Source: Octopus sinensis (taxonomy: Eukaryota). Taken from it: 64,000 nt of DNA. Shown here in pieces: positions 62,933 to 64,000 of the stretch (position 1 is its first letter; each line of letters starts with the position of its first letter). Both the position numbers and the translations under genes were made by a program. The stretch spans positions 38,068,001 to 38,132,000 of the forward strand of contig NC_043001.1 in assembly GCF_006345805.1 (NCBI RefSeq), written 5' to 3'. The notes below the pieces were generated by a model, which was not told the origin of the DNA, did no database searches, and was given only the letters and a program-made list of their open reading frames with translations.

Positions 62933-63052
62933 ATCTTCATCATCTTCCAATGCTTCGCCAGTAAAATACAAAACAGCCTTTGGGATGATTCTTTCTCGTA
63001 TAAAGTGCCCAACTTCAAAATCTGTTGCCAAAATTGTTTCAGCATTCTCATC
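62933..63052 (-). CDS. NAP1: NAP1 exon (DENAETILATDFEVGHFIRERIIPKAVLYFTGEALEDDED)
   Basis: NAP-family motif DFEVGHFIRERIIPKAVLYFTGEA. ttttaag|GAT ... GAT|gtaaat; 120 nt. Confidence 0.96.
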
Positions 63053-63143
63053 CTTAAAAAACATTTTAAAAAAATTAAATAATAAAAATGTAAAATGAGA
63101 AGAAAAAAATTCAAATCAAAATGTATGTGAAGCCAAAACTTAC

Positions 63144-63166
63144 CAGCTCTGATTCATCAGCAGGAA
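63144..63166 (-). CDS. NAP1: NAP1 23-nt microexon ((V)PADESEL)
   Basis: ctttttag|TT ... CTG|gtaagt. Needed to reconcile phase 1 upstream with phase 0 downstream. Confidence 0.9.
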
Positions 63167-63257
63167 CTAAAAAGAAATAAAAATTTTTTTTTAGAATAAC
63201 TCAACATTTCACCATACAAAATAATCTATGCAGATAGAACAAGTCAGAAAATTTTAC

Positions 63258-63403
63258 CTGTAGGAGGATTGAAGAAATTGAAAAAGGAATCAATTTCTAC
63301 AGTTTTTGTAACAGTCCTTGTCGTTCCTCTACCTTTATGCTTCAGTTTTTTCTTCAACACTTTCACAGTAACATCTTTTCCCTTTTTCCATTCTATTGGA
63401 CAA
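63258..63403 (-). CDS. NAP1: NAP1 exon (CPIEWKKGKDVTVKVLKKKLKHKGRGTTRTVTKTVEIDSFFNFFNPPT)
   Basis: Contains the NAP1 IxWKKGKxVT, KKKxKHKGRG and SFFNFF motifs. AG/GT boundaries; 146 nt. Confidence 0.97.
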
Positions 63404-63498
63404 CTAAAAGAAACAAAGATTTGACAAGCGTTATTAATGACTGAAGCAGAGGAGAAAAATTAGTGGACAGCTGGCTCCAAAAGAATTTACCCACTTAC

Positions 63499-63638
63499 CC
63501 AACACATTTTATTATTTCTGGGCCTTCAAAGGAGAAAGGATCATTTACATCAGGCTCTGATTTCATAATATATTTCTTTGTTAATACACTATTCTTGATA
63601 AAATCATTTGGTTCAAAGTAGAATTGTAAGGTGAAACC
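63499..63638 (-). CDS. NAP1: NAP1 exon (GFTLQFYFEPNDFIKNSVLTKKYIMKSEPDVNDPFSFEGPEIIKCVG)
   Basis: Contains F.L.F.FEPN..F.N.VLTK.Y and DPFSFEGPEI. ttttacag|G ... GG|gtaagt; 140 nt. Confidence 0.97.
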
Positions 63639-63827
63639 CTGTAAAATGAAAACGTAAAGAACTTTCATTTCAACAAGTTGGTAATTCTGTTAATGTTACA
63701 TATAATGAGTAAATAATAACCATCAGATTATTTTAAGTGGCACTTATTCAAGATTAAAAATTGTACATCATAACTTAGGAATTATCCAACTCCTTACAAA
63801 ATGTTAAAGTCCAGAAAGAGAACTCAC

Positions 63828-63896
63828 CATTGGGTCTTTCTCTGAGAAAACACACTTTATATCAATAAGATGTTGCAGAATAGGTTCATCATGTTC
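63828..63896 (-). CDS. NAP1: NAP1 exon (EHDEPILQHLIDIKCVFSEKDPM); upstream exons lie outside the window
   Basis: EHDEPILxHLxDIK motif of NAP1L1. aattag|GAA ... ATG|gtgagt; 69 nt. Confidence 0.95.
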
Positions 63897-64000
63897 CTAA
63901 TTTAAATGGAGGATAAAAAAAAGTTTACATTAATTACAATTCTTCAAAGATAATGAAAACAAAGGTGTTACTAACAACTGGCAAAAATAAGCAATGTACA

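Overview
AT-rich eukaryotic genomic DNA. It is very probably from an octopod cephalopod (Octopus sp.); this is inferred from the SINE and RTE-tail repeat families and was not database-checked. Two spliced genes lie on the minus strand and each runs off an end of the window. ILRUN/C6orf106 has its first coding exon at 26114-26271 and its second at 2273-2427, separated by a 23.7-kb intron. A nucleosome assembly protein 1 gene (NAP1/NAP1L-like) contributes its last eight coding exons at 56058-63896 and ends in CKQQ. The ILRUN intron and the ~28-kb intergenic interval are packed with transposon relics: RTE, CR1/L2-group and R4/Dong LINEs, tRNA-derived SINEs, mariners, a Chapaev3 element with two nested LINEs, a Helitron helicase, a solo LTR and a poorly classified DDE transposase. 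Four observations stand out. (1) There are hammerhead-ribozyme-like motifs at 29826-29874 and in a ~710-bp head-to-head palindrome of a tRNA-headed element at 42268-42980; one arm of that palindrome was hit by a Dong insertion in its TAA repeat. (2) At least six unrelated foldback elements cluster between 29.6 and 48.9 kb. (3) NAP1 has an in-frame candidate alternative last exon encoding a hydrophobic tail in place of the prenylation motif. (4) An R4/Dong element appears as two complementary halves in swapped order. Exon coordinates were counted at splice sites. Repeat boundaries are approximate unless TIRs or TSDs are given. Family assignments come from motif recognition, not from searches.
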